DNA of 64,000 nucleotides from Meyerozyma guilliermondii (Eukaryota): NCBI GenBank assembly GCA_051546255.1, contig CP128819.1, positions 682,001 to 746,000 of the forward strand, read 5' to 3'. Shown piece by piece: positions 1 to 10,671 of this stretch (position 1 is its first letter; each line of letters starts with the position of its first letter). The notes under the pieces were generated by a model. It saw only the letters and a program-made list of their open reading frames with translations, ran no database searches and was not told where the DNA came from. The position numbers and the translations under genes were made by a program.

Positions 1-1773
1 ATGCTGTGAGAATTTGTTTTCTCCCTCCAATGGAGTCATCTCACCCATAACTCTACCATATTGACCTGAACCTCCACTCTGCTTCTTGTGGGTGTAGTCG
101 AAGGTTGTAGGGGCAGTAATAGCTTCACGGTAAGAAACTTGAGGCTTTCCGGTAATACATTCCACACCGTACTCACGCTTCATTCTTTCCACATAAATTT
201 CCAAATGCAATTCTCCCATACCAGAGATGATGGTTTCCTTCGATTCTGGGTCGTACTTCACCCGGAAAGTGGGATCTTCCTTCTGGAACCGGTTCATTGC
301 TTTGGAAAACTGGCCATTATCTTTCGATTTGGGCAGGATCGACAACGAAATAACTGCTTCTGGAACGAACATAGAACTCATGGCAATCTGTTGCTCGGAA
401 TTGTGACCAATAAAGGTATCACCAGAAGCACAGTCGATTCCAAAAGTAGCACAAATTTCTCCAGCACCAACTTCATCAACGTCTTCCATGTCGTTGGAGT
501 GCATTCTTACCAAACGAGACACTTTAACTTTCTTTCCACTTTTGATGTGGTTCATATAGGAACCCTTCTTCAACTTACCTTGGTAAACACGAATGTACGT
601 CAACTGTCCGTACTTGCCTTCTTCCAATTTGAAAGCCAATCCCACAAATGGTGCGGTACTCGAAGGAATCAAGTTAGTACGTTTTTCAACACCAGTCGAA
701 ATATCCAATCCAGTATTCAAGATTTCGTTTGGTTGGGGCAAGTAGTCCACTACTGCATCCAAGACAGGCTGGACACCCTTATTTGCAAGTGCCGAACCCA
801 TCAAGACTGGAGTGAACTTTCTGCCAATAGTAGCTCTCCTAATAGCCGCTTTAATTTGAGGAACTGTAGGTTCTTGGCCTTCCAAGTAAAGATCCGCAAT
901 CTCCTCGTCGACGTCAGCCAAGGTCTCAATCAATAAAGCTCTTTTTTCTTCAACCAAATCGGCCAATTCAGCAGGCACTTCGGCAGCTCTGATCTCTTCA
1001 CCTTGAGCGCCCTCATTATACAAAGCCACCCGATCAATGATGTTGACAACTCCCTTAAGTTCGGACTCGGCACCAATGGGCACCTGAATGGCGGCAGCAG
1101 GAGTCTTTAACTTCAAGTTGATTTGTTCAATGGCTCTAAATGGGTCGGCACCCATACGGTCCATTTTGTTAATAAAAGTCACTCTAGGAACATTGTAACG
1201 ACGCATTTGACGGTCCACAGTCACGGTCTGCGACTGGACTCCGGAAACAGCACACACCACAAGAACAGCACCATCTAAAACCCGCAACGCTCTTTCGACT
1301 TCAATGGTGAAATCAATATGGCCGGGAGTATCAATCAAGTTAAAATGATAGTTTTTGTCATCTTTGTCCCACGAACAATATGTGGCAGCAGACTGAATCG
1401 TAATACCTTTTTCTCTTTCCAATTCCATATGGTCCATTTTGGCACCTACAGCGTCTCTTCCTCTGACCTCATGAATCGCTTTGATTCTACCAGTATAGTA
1501 TAACACACGCTCGGTGAAAGTGGTTTTTCCCGAGTCAATGTGAGCAGAAACACCGATATTACGGAGTCTCGACGAACTGGCCAAATCTTTTTCCGTCAAC
1601 AGCTGATTGATTTCGTCAATGATGACTTTTTCTTCTTCGTAAGTCTCGGGGATTTTTTCGTCAAAACGACGGATGGAAGAATGGAAATTTCTGTGCAAGG
1701 AGCTCGACACAACAGTGGGCGATACTGAAGGTCGCAAAGCCCGAAGGCCCCTGGGTAGCATTCCACGTATCAT
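1..1773 (-). CDS. MEF1: Mitochondrial translation elongation factor G1 (3' end lies outside the window)
   Basis: Manual translation from ATG at 1773 gives an Arg/Ser-rich presequence [16 protein letters not shown], then [66 protein letters not shown] and [14 protein letters not shown]. The frame is open to position 1. It is missing from the ORF track because it is truncated. Confidence 0.95.
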   Translation of the reverse strand, partial: MIRGMLPRGLRALRPSVSPTVVSSSLHRNFHSSIRRFDEKIPETYEEEKVIIDEINQLLTEKDLASSSRLRNIGVSAHIDSGKTTFTERVLYYTGRIKAIHEVRGRDAVGAKMDHMELEREKGITIQSAATYCSWDKDDKNYHFNLIDTPGHIDFTIEVERALRVLDGAVLVVCAVSGVQSQTVTVDRQMRRYNVPRVTFINKMDRMGADPFRAIEQINLKLKTPAAAIQVPIGAESELKGVVNIIDRVALYNEGAQGEEIRAAEVPAELADLVEEKRALLIETLADVDEEIADLYLEGQEPTVPQIKAAIRRATIGRKFTPVLMGSALANKGVQPVLDAVVDYLPQPNEILNTGLDISTGVEKRTNLIPSSTAPFVGLAFKLEEGKYGQLTYIRVYQGKLKKGSYMNHIKSGKKVKVSRLVRMHSNDMEDVDEVGAGEICATFGIDCASGDTFIGHNSEQQIAMSSMFVPEAVISLSILPKSKDNGQFSKAMNRFQKEDPTFRVKYDPESKETIISGMGELHLEIYVERMKREYGVECITGKPQVSYREAITAPTTFDYTHKKQSGGSGQYGRVMGEMTPLEGENKFSQH

Positions 1774-1804
1774 GGTAGTGAAGAGAGAGGTCAAGTAAAC
1801 TTTG

Positions 1805-1814
1805 AAATTTTTCA
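1805..1814 (-). promoter_or_regulatory. RRPE / rapid-growth element (TGAAAAATTT) upstream of MEF1
   Basis: The + strand reads AAATTTTTCA, i.e. TGAAAAATTT on the gene strand, 32-41 bp upstream of the MEF1 ATG. Confidence 0.5.
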
Positions 1815-1896
1815 GGCTGGGTGCAGGAAAATCTCACCAGATCAGGCACCTACGGCATGGGGAACTGAAGTGTATAGTAAATATCGTATAAATAGC

Positions 1897-3150
1897 TCAA
1901 AGTCCGTTCACGTTTCTAAACATCATGACGCCGTTCACGTTATCGTCATCAACATACTGGCACATGCGCATCACCTTCCATAATGAGTACCACATGGACT
2001 CTCCTTCGTAACGGTAGTGCGAACCCATCACCTTTTTGATGGCATCAGTAGCCTCCCGAGCATTGTAAAATGGAATCCGCGACACGTAGTGATGTAAAAC
2101 GTGGGTTTCGATAATATCATGGAAAATGTGTTGGCCCACAAAGCCAAAATTCCGGTCGATGGTAGCAGCGGCTCCACGAGCAAATGTCCATTCAGTGTCC
2201 TTGTAATGGGGCATGGAAGGGTCAGTATGCTGCAAAAAAGTGACGAAAACAAGCCAGTGGTTCACCCACAACCATGGCATGAACCAATTGACAAACATGT
2301 TGAAAGCGCCAAAGTTTTTGTACCATTGGTAAACTACCGTCAATGTAGTCAAGATACCGATATCCGACAACACAATAAACCAGTATTGATGAGGGTCAAA
2401 TACAGGTGAGCTTGGAGCATAGTGCGATTTAGCGAGCCACGACAACCCAGGGTAAGGTTGACCAGTGGCATTAGTAGCCAAGTAAGTTTGCAATCCTCCC
2501 AATTGTTGAAAAATTAAAACCAGTAAAGTCCAAATTGGAGACTCTTCCATAATTTCCGCCACGTTGGAAACACCGTGCTTCTCCGCAAACTCGTCCTTGG
2601 TATAAGGTACGAAAACCATGTCTCTTGTCAAGTGTCCGGTAGCCTTGTGGTGCTTGGAGTGCGAGTACTTCCACGAGAAATAAGGCACCATCAAGTACGA
2701 GTGAAGAACCCAGCCAATAAAGTCGTTGACGTTCTGGAAGTCCGAGAACGCTCCGTGGCCACATTCATGGGCCAAAATCCATAATCCAAACCCGAACAAC
2801 CCAATAAGATACGACTGCAAACTCCAAAGTCCACCACGAACAACCATCGACAACGTGTCGTGGTTGGCGATTTGAACCATTGGAATCACTTTGTGGCCCA
2901 CATAACCAATGGCACACATCAGCACGATGTCCCGCACAACATATCCCATCGATTTGACCAACGACCGCTCGTAGCAGTGTTTTGGGATGGCAGATAAGAT
3001 GTCTTTCATCGTGTAGTCAGGCACCTCAAACTTTTTACCGTAACCATCTACGGCCACCAAATTTTGCGACGGGGTCCGCACGCCCGACAAGGGCTTGGAT
3101 TCGTGGACAGAGACCAGGGAGCTCACGGCATCCTCAACAACGACAGACAT
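1897..3150 (-). CDS. FAD3: Membrane fatty-acid desaturase, omega-3 (delta-15) type
   Basis: Three His boxes (HECGH, HSKHH, HVLHH). The sequence closely resembles the recalled Candida Fad3 (QLGGLQ.YLATNATGQ, RYEGESMWYSLWK). A delta-12 (FAD2) assignment is not formally excluded. Confidence 0.85.
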   Translation of the reverse strand: MSVVVEDAVSSLVSVHESKPLSGVRTPSQNLVAVDGYGKKFEVPDYTMKDILSAIPKHCYERSLVKSMGYVVRDIVLMCAIGYVGHKVIPMVQIANHDTLSMVVRGGLWSLQSYLIGLFGFGLWILAHECGHGAFSDFQNVNDFIGWVLHSYLMVPYFSWKYSHSKHHKATGHLTRDMVFVPYTKDEFAEKHGVSNVAEIMEESPIWTLLVLIFQQLGGLQTYLATNATGQPYPGLSWLAKSHYAPSSPVFDPHQYWFIVLSDIGILTTLTVVYQWYKNFGAFNMFVNWFMPWLWVNHWLVFVTFLQHTDPSMPHYKDTEWTFARGAAATIDRNFGFVGQHIFHDIIETHVLHHYVSRIPFYNAREATDAIKKVMGSHYRYEGESMWYSLWKVMRMCQYVDDDNVNGVMMFRNVNGL

Positions 3151-4255
3151 GGACTATGGGTAACTTCTGGCGAATCTGCGACCGTTGAAAAATGCCTCGA
3201 AAAAAATTGGTCTGCTGACGTCAGCGGCGATGCCGTATAGAATGTGGCTGCGGTGCTAAGCCCGGCGAAACGTTGCGGAGAGCTCGAGATCATTGGCGGT
3301 CTAAAAGTAAGGCTGGAAATGATCCCATAGTGCAAAAAGTAAGAAAAGTAATCATCTTGATTTCTATTTTTGTCTTTTTCATTACTTCTGTTCAGCCTTG
3401 GCAACGGGCATCAAGCGAGGGGTTTGTCTGCAGTCTCAAAGTGGTCCGGTACGAACGCGAAAAACGGAGATATGCACTCCTCAAGATTGCAAAAGCTAAG
3501 CCAAAGAAGTCGGGGTTGAGCTTGGCGGATGGTTAGCAGCTATGCTTCGAGTGATGCTTATCACGATTTCGTAGTATAATTTGATTCTAGTTCCTTGGTC
3601 ATTTAGTACCGTTGTTTCATTAGTTTCTCTCACTTTCATTCAGTTCATTTAGTTAATTTAGTTAATTAGTTTCCAGTTTCATTTCTTAGTTTCCCCCCGT
3701 TTGCTCATGCTCGCTTCTACCCAATGTGGGATATTAACCGGAGGAAAAGGGAGGTGGGTAGCAAAAAAAATCTGTGCTATTTTCGGCACACTCCTGCGTG
3801 CATGTGTAACCCAAAAAGGCAATTTTACCACCACAGGAAACTTCTCTTGCTGTATAATGGCTCTGGCGAACGGATGCACCATAGTGCGAGCCAAGGCGTG
3901 GCGGCGCCTAGAAGGGGGTATGTGTGGATGATTTTTGGTGTTGCTGGGTCCAATGTGGCTTTGTGCAAAATGGTGAAAATATTTAGATGGAAAGTGAAAC
4001 GAAAGACAAACGAAACCATGAGGAAGGCAGAGCAACACAATCGATTTATCAAGAACCAGCGTAGTGTTTGGTCACGGAAAATCAACAAATTATTGTGGAC
4101 GATGCTGGCTGCAAACCGGAGTGTTGTCAAAACTTTGATCAAATCATTGTTCGATATGCCCAAATCTCCCCCGCCATAATGGATATGCCAGCCGCACCTC
4201 ACCCGTGGGCGCATTTCTCCTTGTTCTTACTAGTTGTTTTAGGAAATTCTTGAAA

Positions 4256-4310
4256 TTTCCTCATTCGGTAAGATGTGCAACCGTCCTTAATTAAATTTCC
4301 GAATCGGGAA
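4256..4310. promoter_or_regulatory. Two Mcm1/MADS-box-like sites in the OP4 promoter
   Basis: TTTCCTCATTCGGTAA (4256-4271) and TTTCCGAATCGGGAA (4296-4310), both TTTCC-N6-GG-(T)AA. A TATATAAG box lies at 4430-4437. Confidence 0.6.
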
Positions 4311-4499
4311 GTCAGATGGGAAAATGCCAGTAAACATGACAGACTTTAGTACCTAATTCGAACAAAAGTGGTAACGAGCTCGGCCATCCTTACATGAGGA
4401 GAACAATGTGAAACCTGGTGGATTCATACTATATAAGTATCGATAATTCGCATTGATCATTTTTTATTCATCGACTCCAACCTTTCGCAGCCAATTCAA

Positions 4500-5606
4500 A
4501 TGAAGTTATCCCACACTACTCTTCTCGCCATCTTGGCCACCACCTCCCTTGCCGCTTCTATTCCTCAACCAGAGGTTTCTGAAACCACTCTCGTCAGAAG
4601 AAGTGATGCCAATGAAATTCTTTCTATTTTGGATGAATTGAAGGCTATCAAGGTTAAGAGAGATGTGGTTGAAACCGAAGAAGAACACTTGGAACTCCTC
4701 AAGAGACAAGACAGCGTCATTGGTGACTTGCTTAGTGGCTTGGCATCGTCTGGTATCATTCAAGACTTGTGGAACACCTTGACCACCGACCAAGCTCTTC
4801 GTTCTCAAATTGCTGATCTCACCAAGGCTGCCATTCAAGGTTTAATTGTCAGAGGTCCAGCTTTGATTAAGGCTCTTTTCGACTCTGGTTTGCTCGGAAA
4901 GATCTTTAAGGATGTTATCAACGACAAGACTTTGTTGAACGGATTGTTGGGTGCTGCTAAGGCTCTTTTCACCACCGGACTCAACTTGCTCACCAACAGA
5001 AAGAGCGGTGGTTCTTCTGCCGCCTATGCTGCCACTACCACCAAGGCTGCTGCCGGTACTACTGCTGCTCCAGTCGCCGCTACCACTGCTGCTGCCGCTA
5101 ACACCGCTGCTGCTGCACTCAACCCAACCAACACCAACAACGCTGCCTACGCTTCCATTGCTGCTGCTTACAAACGTGAAGATGATGATGAAAATGTTGA
5201 ATACTTGGAGAAGAAGGATCTTACCGCTTTGCTCGGATCCATTGTCACTTCTATCAAAGACTCGGGTATTTTCACCAGCTTGATCAACAAGGTGTTGGCC
5301 GACCCTCAACAATCCATCAGCTTCTTGACCACTGTATTGAAGAAGGGAGTTGTTCTCGGAGAAGATGTGTACACCTGGGCTAAGAATAACGGACTCCTCG
5401 AGAAGGGTCTCACATGGTTGCAAACCAACGGTGGAAGTTACGCTGGTGCCGTGGCTAACCTCGTTGGTGAGCTCATTGACAGCGGAAAAGTGAAAGCTTC
5501 TGACGTTGACAATGCCACTACTGCCGGTGCCGCTACTTATCCTACCACCACCGCAGCTGCTACTGCCGCCACTACCATGGTCAAGAGAGTCAGAAGAAAC
5601 TACTAG
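4500..5606 (+). CDS. OP4: Secreted Ala/Leu/Ser/Thr-rich Op4 (opaque-phase protein) family protein
   Basis: Signal peptide MKLSHTTLLAILATTSLAAS, several dibasic Kex2-type sites, an Ala/Thr linker, and resemblance to recalled C. albicans Op4 (SGII..W..LTTD, AAIQ..IV.GPALI.A...SGLL). It lies between FAD3 and CHS3 as recalled for C. albicans. Confidence 0.8.
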   Translation: MKLSHTTLLAILATTSLAASIPQPEVSETTLVRRSDANEILSILDELKAIKVKRDVVETEEEHLELLKRQDSVIGDLLSGLASSGIIQDLWNTLTTDQALRSQIADLTKAAIQGLIVRGPALIKALFDSGLLGKIFKDVINDKTLLNGLLGAAKALFTTGLNLLTNRKSGGSSAAYAATTTKAAAGTTAAPVAATTAAAANTAAAALNPTNTNNAAYASIAAAYKREDDDENVEYLEKKDLTALLGSIVTSIKDSGIFTSLINKVLADPQQSISFLTTVLKKGVVLGEDVYTWAKNNGLLEKGLTWLQTNGGSYAGAVANLVGELIDSGKVKASDVDNATTAGAATYPTTTAAATAATTMVKRVRRNY

Positions 5607-6219
5607 AGATGGTTGTTGTCATCCACTACCACCAGACAATAATACCCGTCTAAACTTTGCAAAAGTTATTTATTTCTCACGACCGATCTTGATTCTCAAC
5701 CATTGTAATCCAAGCCGTTTTCAGTTCTAATAAAGTTTCGAATAATGAGTGTAGAGTAGTGAAACAGAAGACTTTGTTTCGCACATGATTGCGATGGTTC
5801 TCTGCATGTCGAGAACATTTTTCGGCCTTTTTCGGCCCTTCTTTCCTAATGCGGTACACTACGCGCATCAATTGGCAAGCGAGTGCGTCTCGGAATGGCA
5901 TGCGCACTGTATATGAGTGTCTAGGTCTGATCCTACGTTGCCTAGACTACTCAAAAATCTCTCACACCTTCCAATGCTCTAACCACAGCAATCACAACCA
6001 TTGCTCTGTTCTTGGCAACAATGTCGTATCCAGCACTCATTTGGTTCTCGACCGTTCTCGTGTTTCGTATTCTGCAAGTATTAACCGTCGTGCATTAATT
6101 ATGCAAGCGACGACGCACCTCACCTTCGGCATAGTCAGATTGGCGGTTCGCTGCAGCAAGTTGAATTACCCACTATATAAGTAAAATGACACCCCTTCCA
6201 TTGCCAGTTAGTTTTTGCC

Positions 6220-6384
6220 ATGCTCTTTGCTTTAGCAACTCCAGGTTCTGCTTTCAAACCTTCGTTGAAAAAACCTTCTAATACTTGGAGGCTCAAAAAA
6301 TTCAAAGACCTTTATGTCGAAAAAGGCGGCTCACCATCTTCCTCTGCAGATTCTTCGTTGAACGGGTTTTCCATCAAGATCTAA
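6220..6384 (+). CDS. Putative 54-aa small protein (MLFALATPGSAFKPSLKKPSNTWRLKKFKDLYVEKGGSPSSSADSSLNGFSIKI)
   Basis: Read by hand and below the 60-aa track cutoff. TATATAAG at 6174-6181, start context gccATG, and an AT-rich downstream region converging on CHS3. Confidence 0.5.
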   Translation: MLFALATPGSAFKPSLKKPSNTWRLKKFKDLYVEKGGSPSSSADSSLNGFSIKI

Positions 6385-6540
6385 TTGCATTCATTCACTT
6401 CATCTACGACTATTGTTTCAGTTTAATATATCGCAAATTCTTTTCATTCCGTATGATTAGCCTTCCTTTCTCTCAAGATTATTCGAGGCTGATTCATTCA
6501 TTCACTTCGTTCTATACTTTCTATTTCTCTTAATATTGTT

Positions 6541-9500
6541 TTATGGCCTCGACTCCGAAGAGTATTCACCTCCACTATGCTTTTCCGGACTTGCAGGATC
6601 CCATGCCGCTCCAGGAACTGCCAATCCACGTTCCTTGTTGCGTCTGTCTCTCTCAAACTCTCTCCATCTCTTCATCACAATATGGCTACCATCGAACATA
6701 TCATCCCCACTGGAATGATCTCCTTTATCTCCTCCGGCCACTGTTCTGGTTTCACCCCAACTGAAATCATCAAACTTCCAATACGCATATGAGGGAAGAA
6801 CAAAATTCCAAATTGGCAACGCAATGAGGTAGATGAAAAAGTACACAACGTACGACCACGATGAAACGGTAATGACGATAAGTGCTCCTGGTAATCCAAA
6901 AATAATGGCCAATAAAATCAACGACATAACTGGGGTAGGTTTCGAGATAATGGCAACAACAATAACATAGATGGTAAAACAGATGGCAGCTGGTAACACT
7001 AAAGTACCCACCAACTCGATGAAAATAACAAATTGCATCGAAAAGCAAAATGTACCACACAAATCTTTAACCAATACCAATTCCATCAAGTTGTGCACAG
7101 TAGAGTTGATCCACCGACGTCTCTGCGAAAGCAACACCTTGAAACTCTCGGGAACCACCGTTTTACAAGCTGCCTTGGGAACAAAGATTTGCTTTCTCTT
7201 TGGGAATGTTCTCAACATCAAGGACGACAAATATCTATCTTCACCCAACAACAACAAGTTTTTCTTATGCAAGGTATTGACGACATTATCGGAATAACGC
7301 TCCACAATATCGGGATTGGCCAAGATGGGAACCCAATAACCATCGGCTTCCTTGGGTGCCTTGATCCGGTACATACTGAAACATCCTGGTAAACATGTAA
7401 CACCACCAAACACAGTCTCGAATGCCTTGGCTTGGTGGTGTGAAATGTAATACTCAAACACCTGGATTGCTGTAACCCATGATGTTCTCTTGTTAGAAAT
7501 CTTTGTCTCTCCACATAAACCCATCACCGCAGGATCTTTCACCATTTCCGCAACCATATGAGTGAGACTATCTGGGTACACCATTGTATCGGCGTCAACC
7601 ATCAACACAATCTCATAAAATTCTGCCATTAATCCAGTAATTCGCCAAATACTGTTGAGAATTTGATACTCCAAATCGGTCATTCTTTCATCAAACGTGA
7701 CTTTCTGCAAGAAAGACATCAAGATAATTTGTGAGTCTCTCTTTCCTCTGTTACCAGGTTTTGCTGCACCCGCTTCTTCAGGGGTTCCGCACTTCACAAT
7801 CGTAACCACGGGCACTCTTTGTTGTTTTTCAACTGGAACAGTCGCATCATCGTACTTGTAAAATCCAGCATACACCTTGGCCATATTGTGACGTTTACTT
7901 CCTTGAGCGACTGCCACATAAGAATGGCTCTCAACTTCATCCCGGGGAACCGTGAAGTCTGACATCATATCCAAGACTATATCGGGGGTTGACTGATCGT
8001 TTCCTGAACCTTTAACGATACCATCACACACCACAAAAATCAATTTGTGGGAATTAGGATAATCACTAGTAGCAACAGAGTCCATAGTTGTTCTCAATCC
8101 ATCTTTATCCTCCGAATAACATGTTACTAAGCATATAGTGTGTGCAAGAGGGATTCCAAATGGTTGATATTCCACCGGCGGTTGAGGAACCACATCCGGG
8201 TGTAAAATATCAGGAGACAACCCAGTTACAGGATATTCTTCGAGAGCTTCGAATGGGTTGTATACTGATACAGGTCTTGACATCATATGCGATGCTTGGT
8301 CATCGAAAAAACCCGACTGCCTGCTGGCCAACTTGTTTCTTGATTTACTTCTTTCTCTCAATGCCAATTGAGTGGACATGGTGGTATACTGAAAGTTTTT
8401 CGATAACTTATCCAGGCCATACATTTGTGCGAGGTCCGCAGCTGGATGAAGTGAGAGACGGTTCGATTTATGGAACACACTCTGTCTGTTTGTTCTGGCC
8501 GACTTGTAGTTTGCTCTAGCCATTTCTGGAACCGTAGCTATTGGTGGTTGTGAGGAAGGGTTATCAACCCAGTTTTCTATCTCCTTGTTACGCTCGAACC
8601 AAGACTTGTTGTCGATAGCGGTTGCTCCCTGTTTCGTTGACATCCACCACCTGAAGTAACAAGCCATCAAAAACTTGGCTACGACAACCGACAAAATGAA
8701 AACCAAGGAAACATACAAAACCACGGTCGAAGCAATGCATCCTATAGTATCTGAGTCGATGGTACCAACCTTGATTATTTCACTGAGACAACGGGCTGCC
8801 TGTCTTTCTTCGCTATTCGTCAATACAAGAGAAATATCGTGCCCCTTATAAGTCTTATCGTCCCTGAGTTTGTCAAACAAAGCTGGATACGTCACGTCAT
8901 CCGACGAAATCCAATCGATCAAATTCAAATCCAAGACATCACCAGAATAAACAATCAAGTTTCTAGACGAGTTCTTGATATCATCCCACGTGAAATAAAC
9001 ATCACCATTGACTTTCAAGTTGTAAAAAGCTTCTCTTGCTGTATTGCTAGTATGGCAAGCCCAGCCGTCATAGTAAGCTTTCGTTCTGTTAGGCTTTGTT
9101 TGTCCATCTTGATCGAACAACCTACATGGCATGTACCATGCTAGTTCGTCACCATTGGTGGGAATAGAGCAGTTGTCTCTGGGCTTGATTAAGCCTTTAC
9201 AGTTTCCATTGACATTTTGAAACAAAAAGGAAGCATCCTTTCCGCCGGCATTGATGGGAGGATACAAAACATTTGAGCCGGCGGGAATTCCTGCCGCTGA
9301 GATATGCTGAGATGAACTCAAGTCAAATGCTCTTCCATGAATAATGAGGTAACCGGTGTTGACATGGTTAATTTGAGTTCTTATAACCTTATTCGAGCAC
9401 ACGGTTTTAGTGAACCCGAATGTTAAGTAGGCAACGAAAGCACCAATATAGAGAATACAGGTGATCAATGCAATTTTCTCTCTCCAGGCAAATTGACGAT

Positions 9501-10002
9501 CTTTACTGTGGAGACCGAACAACTTGAGGAGTGGAGCGGGGGCCCAGAAGGTGATTGCGTAACAATAGACCTTCCAGAAGTAAATGTCATGCTTGGGAGA
9601 ATTGGACCGCTGAGGTGCCTTCATATTTTTGGTGACATTTCTGCCGGGGCTTTGACTAATCTCGTCATTCAAGCCAAACACTTCGCGGCCCCCATTGGTG
9701 TTACTTTTATTCTCCAAGTTCATGAGAGGAATACCCTCCTCTTCGGGGTTTCTGTGTTCCGATTGTAAACTTCTGCGGTAGTCTTGATCGGTGGAATTGC
9801 GTGGATTGACACCGGTGGTCGACGGTTGGATTCGAAGATGCGAGGCTTCTTGGTTGGCAACCTGGGTATAATGAAATCGAGGATGATTCGGGTCCATTCG
9901 AGAACGTTCGGGTCTCACCAACGACCGCTTTCTGCCAATGTCACCGGACTCAGGATCGAACTCCTGGTACCGAGTGGGACTGGCGCTGTTACGAAACGAC
10001 AT
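6541..10002 (-). CDS. CHS3: Class IV chitin synthase
   Basis: Motifs TCYSE, KPGNRGKRDSQ, VDADT, CLPGCF, LGEDRYL, SQRRRW and DDFSWG. 1153 aa with a cytochrome-b5-like region. Confidence 0.95.
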   Translation of the reverse strand: MSFRNSASPTRYQEFDPESGDIGRKRSLVRPERSRMDPNHPRFHYTQVANQEASHLRIQPSTTGVNPRNSTDQDYRRSLQSEHRNPEEEGIPLMNLENKSNTNGGREVFGLNDEISQSPGRNVTKNMKAPQRSNSPKHDIYFWKVYCYAITFWAPAPLLKLFGLHSKDRQFAWREKIALITCILYIGAFVAYLTFGFTKTVCSNKVIRTQINHVNTGYLIIHGRAFDLSSSQHISAAGIPAGSNVLYPPINAGGKDASFLFQNVNGNCKGLIKPRDNCSIPTNGDELAWYMPCRLFDQDGQTKPNRTKAYYDGWACHTSNTAREAFYNLKVNGDVYFTWDDIKNSSRNLIVYSGDVLDLNLIDWISSDDVTYPALFDKLRDDKTYKGHDISLVLTNSEERQAARCLSEIIKVGTIDSDTIGCIASTVVLYVSLVFILSVVVAKFLMACYFRWWMSTKQGATAIDNKSWFERNKEIENWVDNPSSQPPIATVPEMARANYKSARTNRQSVFHKSNRLSLHPAADLAQMYGLDKLSKNFQYTTMSTQLALRERSKSRNKLASRQSGFFDDQASHMMSRPVSVYNPFEALEEYPVTGLSPDILHPDVVPQPPVEYQPFGIPLAHTICLVTCYSEDKDGLRTTMDSVATSDYPNSHKLIFVVCDGIVKGSGNDQSTPDIVLDMMSDFTVPRDEVESHSYVAVAQGSKRHNMAKVYAGFYKYDDATVPVEKQQRVPVVTIVKCGTPEEAGAAKPGNRGKRDSQIILMSFLQKVTFDERMTDLEYQILNSIWRITGLMAEFYEIVLMVDADTMVYPDSLTHMVAEMVKDPAVMGLCGETKISNKRTSWVTAIQVFEYYISHHQAKAFETVFGGVTCLPGCFSMYRIKAPKEADGYWVPILANPDIVERYSDNVVNTLHKKNLLLLGEDRYLSSLMLRTFPKRKQIFVPKAACKTVVPESFKVLLSQRRRWINSTVHNLMELVLVKDLCGTFCFSMQFVIFIELVGTLVLPAAICFTIYVIVVAIISKPTPVMSLILLAIIFGLPGALIVITVSSWSYVVYFFIYLIALPIWNFVLPSYAYWKFDDFSWGETRTVAGGDKGDHSSGDDMFDGSHIVMKRWREFERDRRNKERGLAVPGAAWDPASPEKHSGGEYSSESRP

Positions 10003-10671
10003 GTCAAGTTGAATTCAGAACTCAAGTAGGTTAGTCGTTCAGAGATGTCGAGCCAAGTGTAAACGGCTAGTCGTGAATCAGCAATATCTCTCGTTTATTA
10101 CCGCAATCCAGAAAAATTCGAGAAACAAATTTGTACAAAAACACGTCGAGGGTGTTTTAATTTGAGTCAAAAGTTCTATGAAACCTGTCTTTGACAGTTA
10201 TTGTCTTCTCCTTAGCGAGTGTAGAAGGATATGTAACACCAGTCAATCAAGAGTGTTGGTTTATTAATATCTTGAATGGCGCCAAGATAAATAAAGAACA
10301 AATCAAACAAAAGATTTTTTATTTTTTTTTCGTGAGGCGCGTACATAGCCTTCCTAGTCGGACAAATAGGAAAGTTTCAGGGAAGTATGGATTGAAAATT
10401 GGGGAGAATTGTAGACGAGGTTTTGGTTATTTGTTCATCTGGGTAGGATATTGTGTGTTTGCTGACTATATATATAGAATCTAGTATTTTGAATTTCTTT
10501 TAATTCTTGTATTTCTTATGTTTTTTGCATTTATTAGTTATTGGATTTACTGTGTTACTTTTATTCACATTTCATGCTACATTGTCTTAACGTTGTCGTC
10601 TAGTCTTATTATGACAATTACCAACTTCAGCTTTAAATTTCAATTTCAAATTTTCAGCTCTAATTTTCAGC

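Noticed and set aside
88..936. 282-aa + strand ORF
   Set aside because: It is an antisense shadow of MEF1, begins at a non-ATG codon and has no recognisable motifs.
3273..4253. Several overlapping 60-150 aa ORFs between FAD3 and OP4
   Set aside because: They overlap each other on both strands and lack domain-like sequence. The region is best explained as the divergent FAD3/OP4 promoter.
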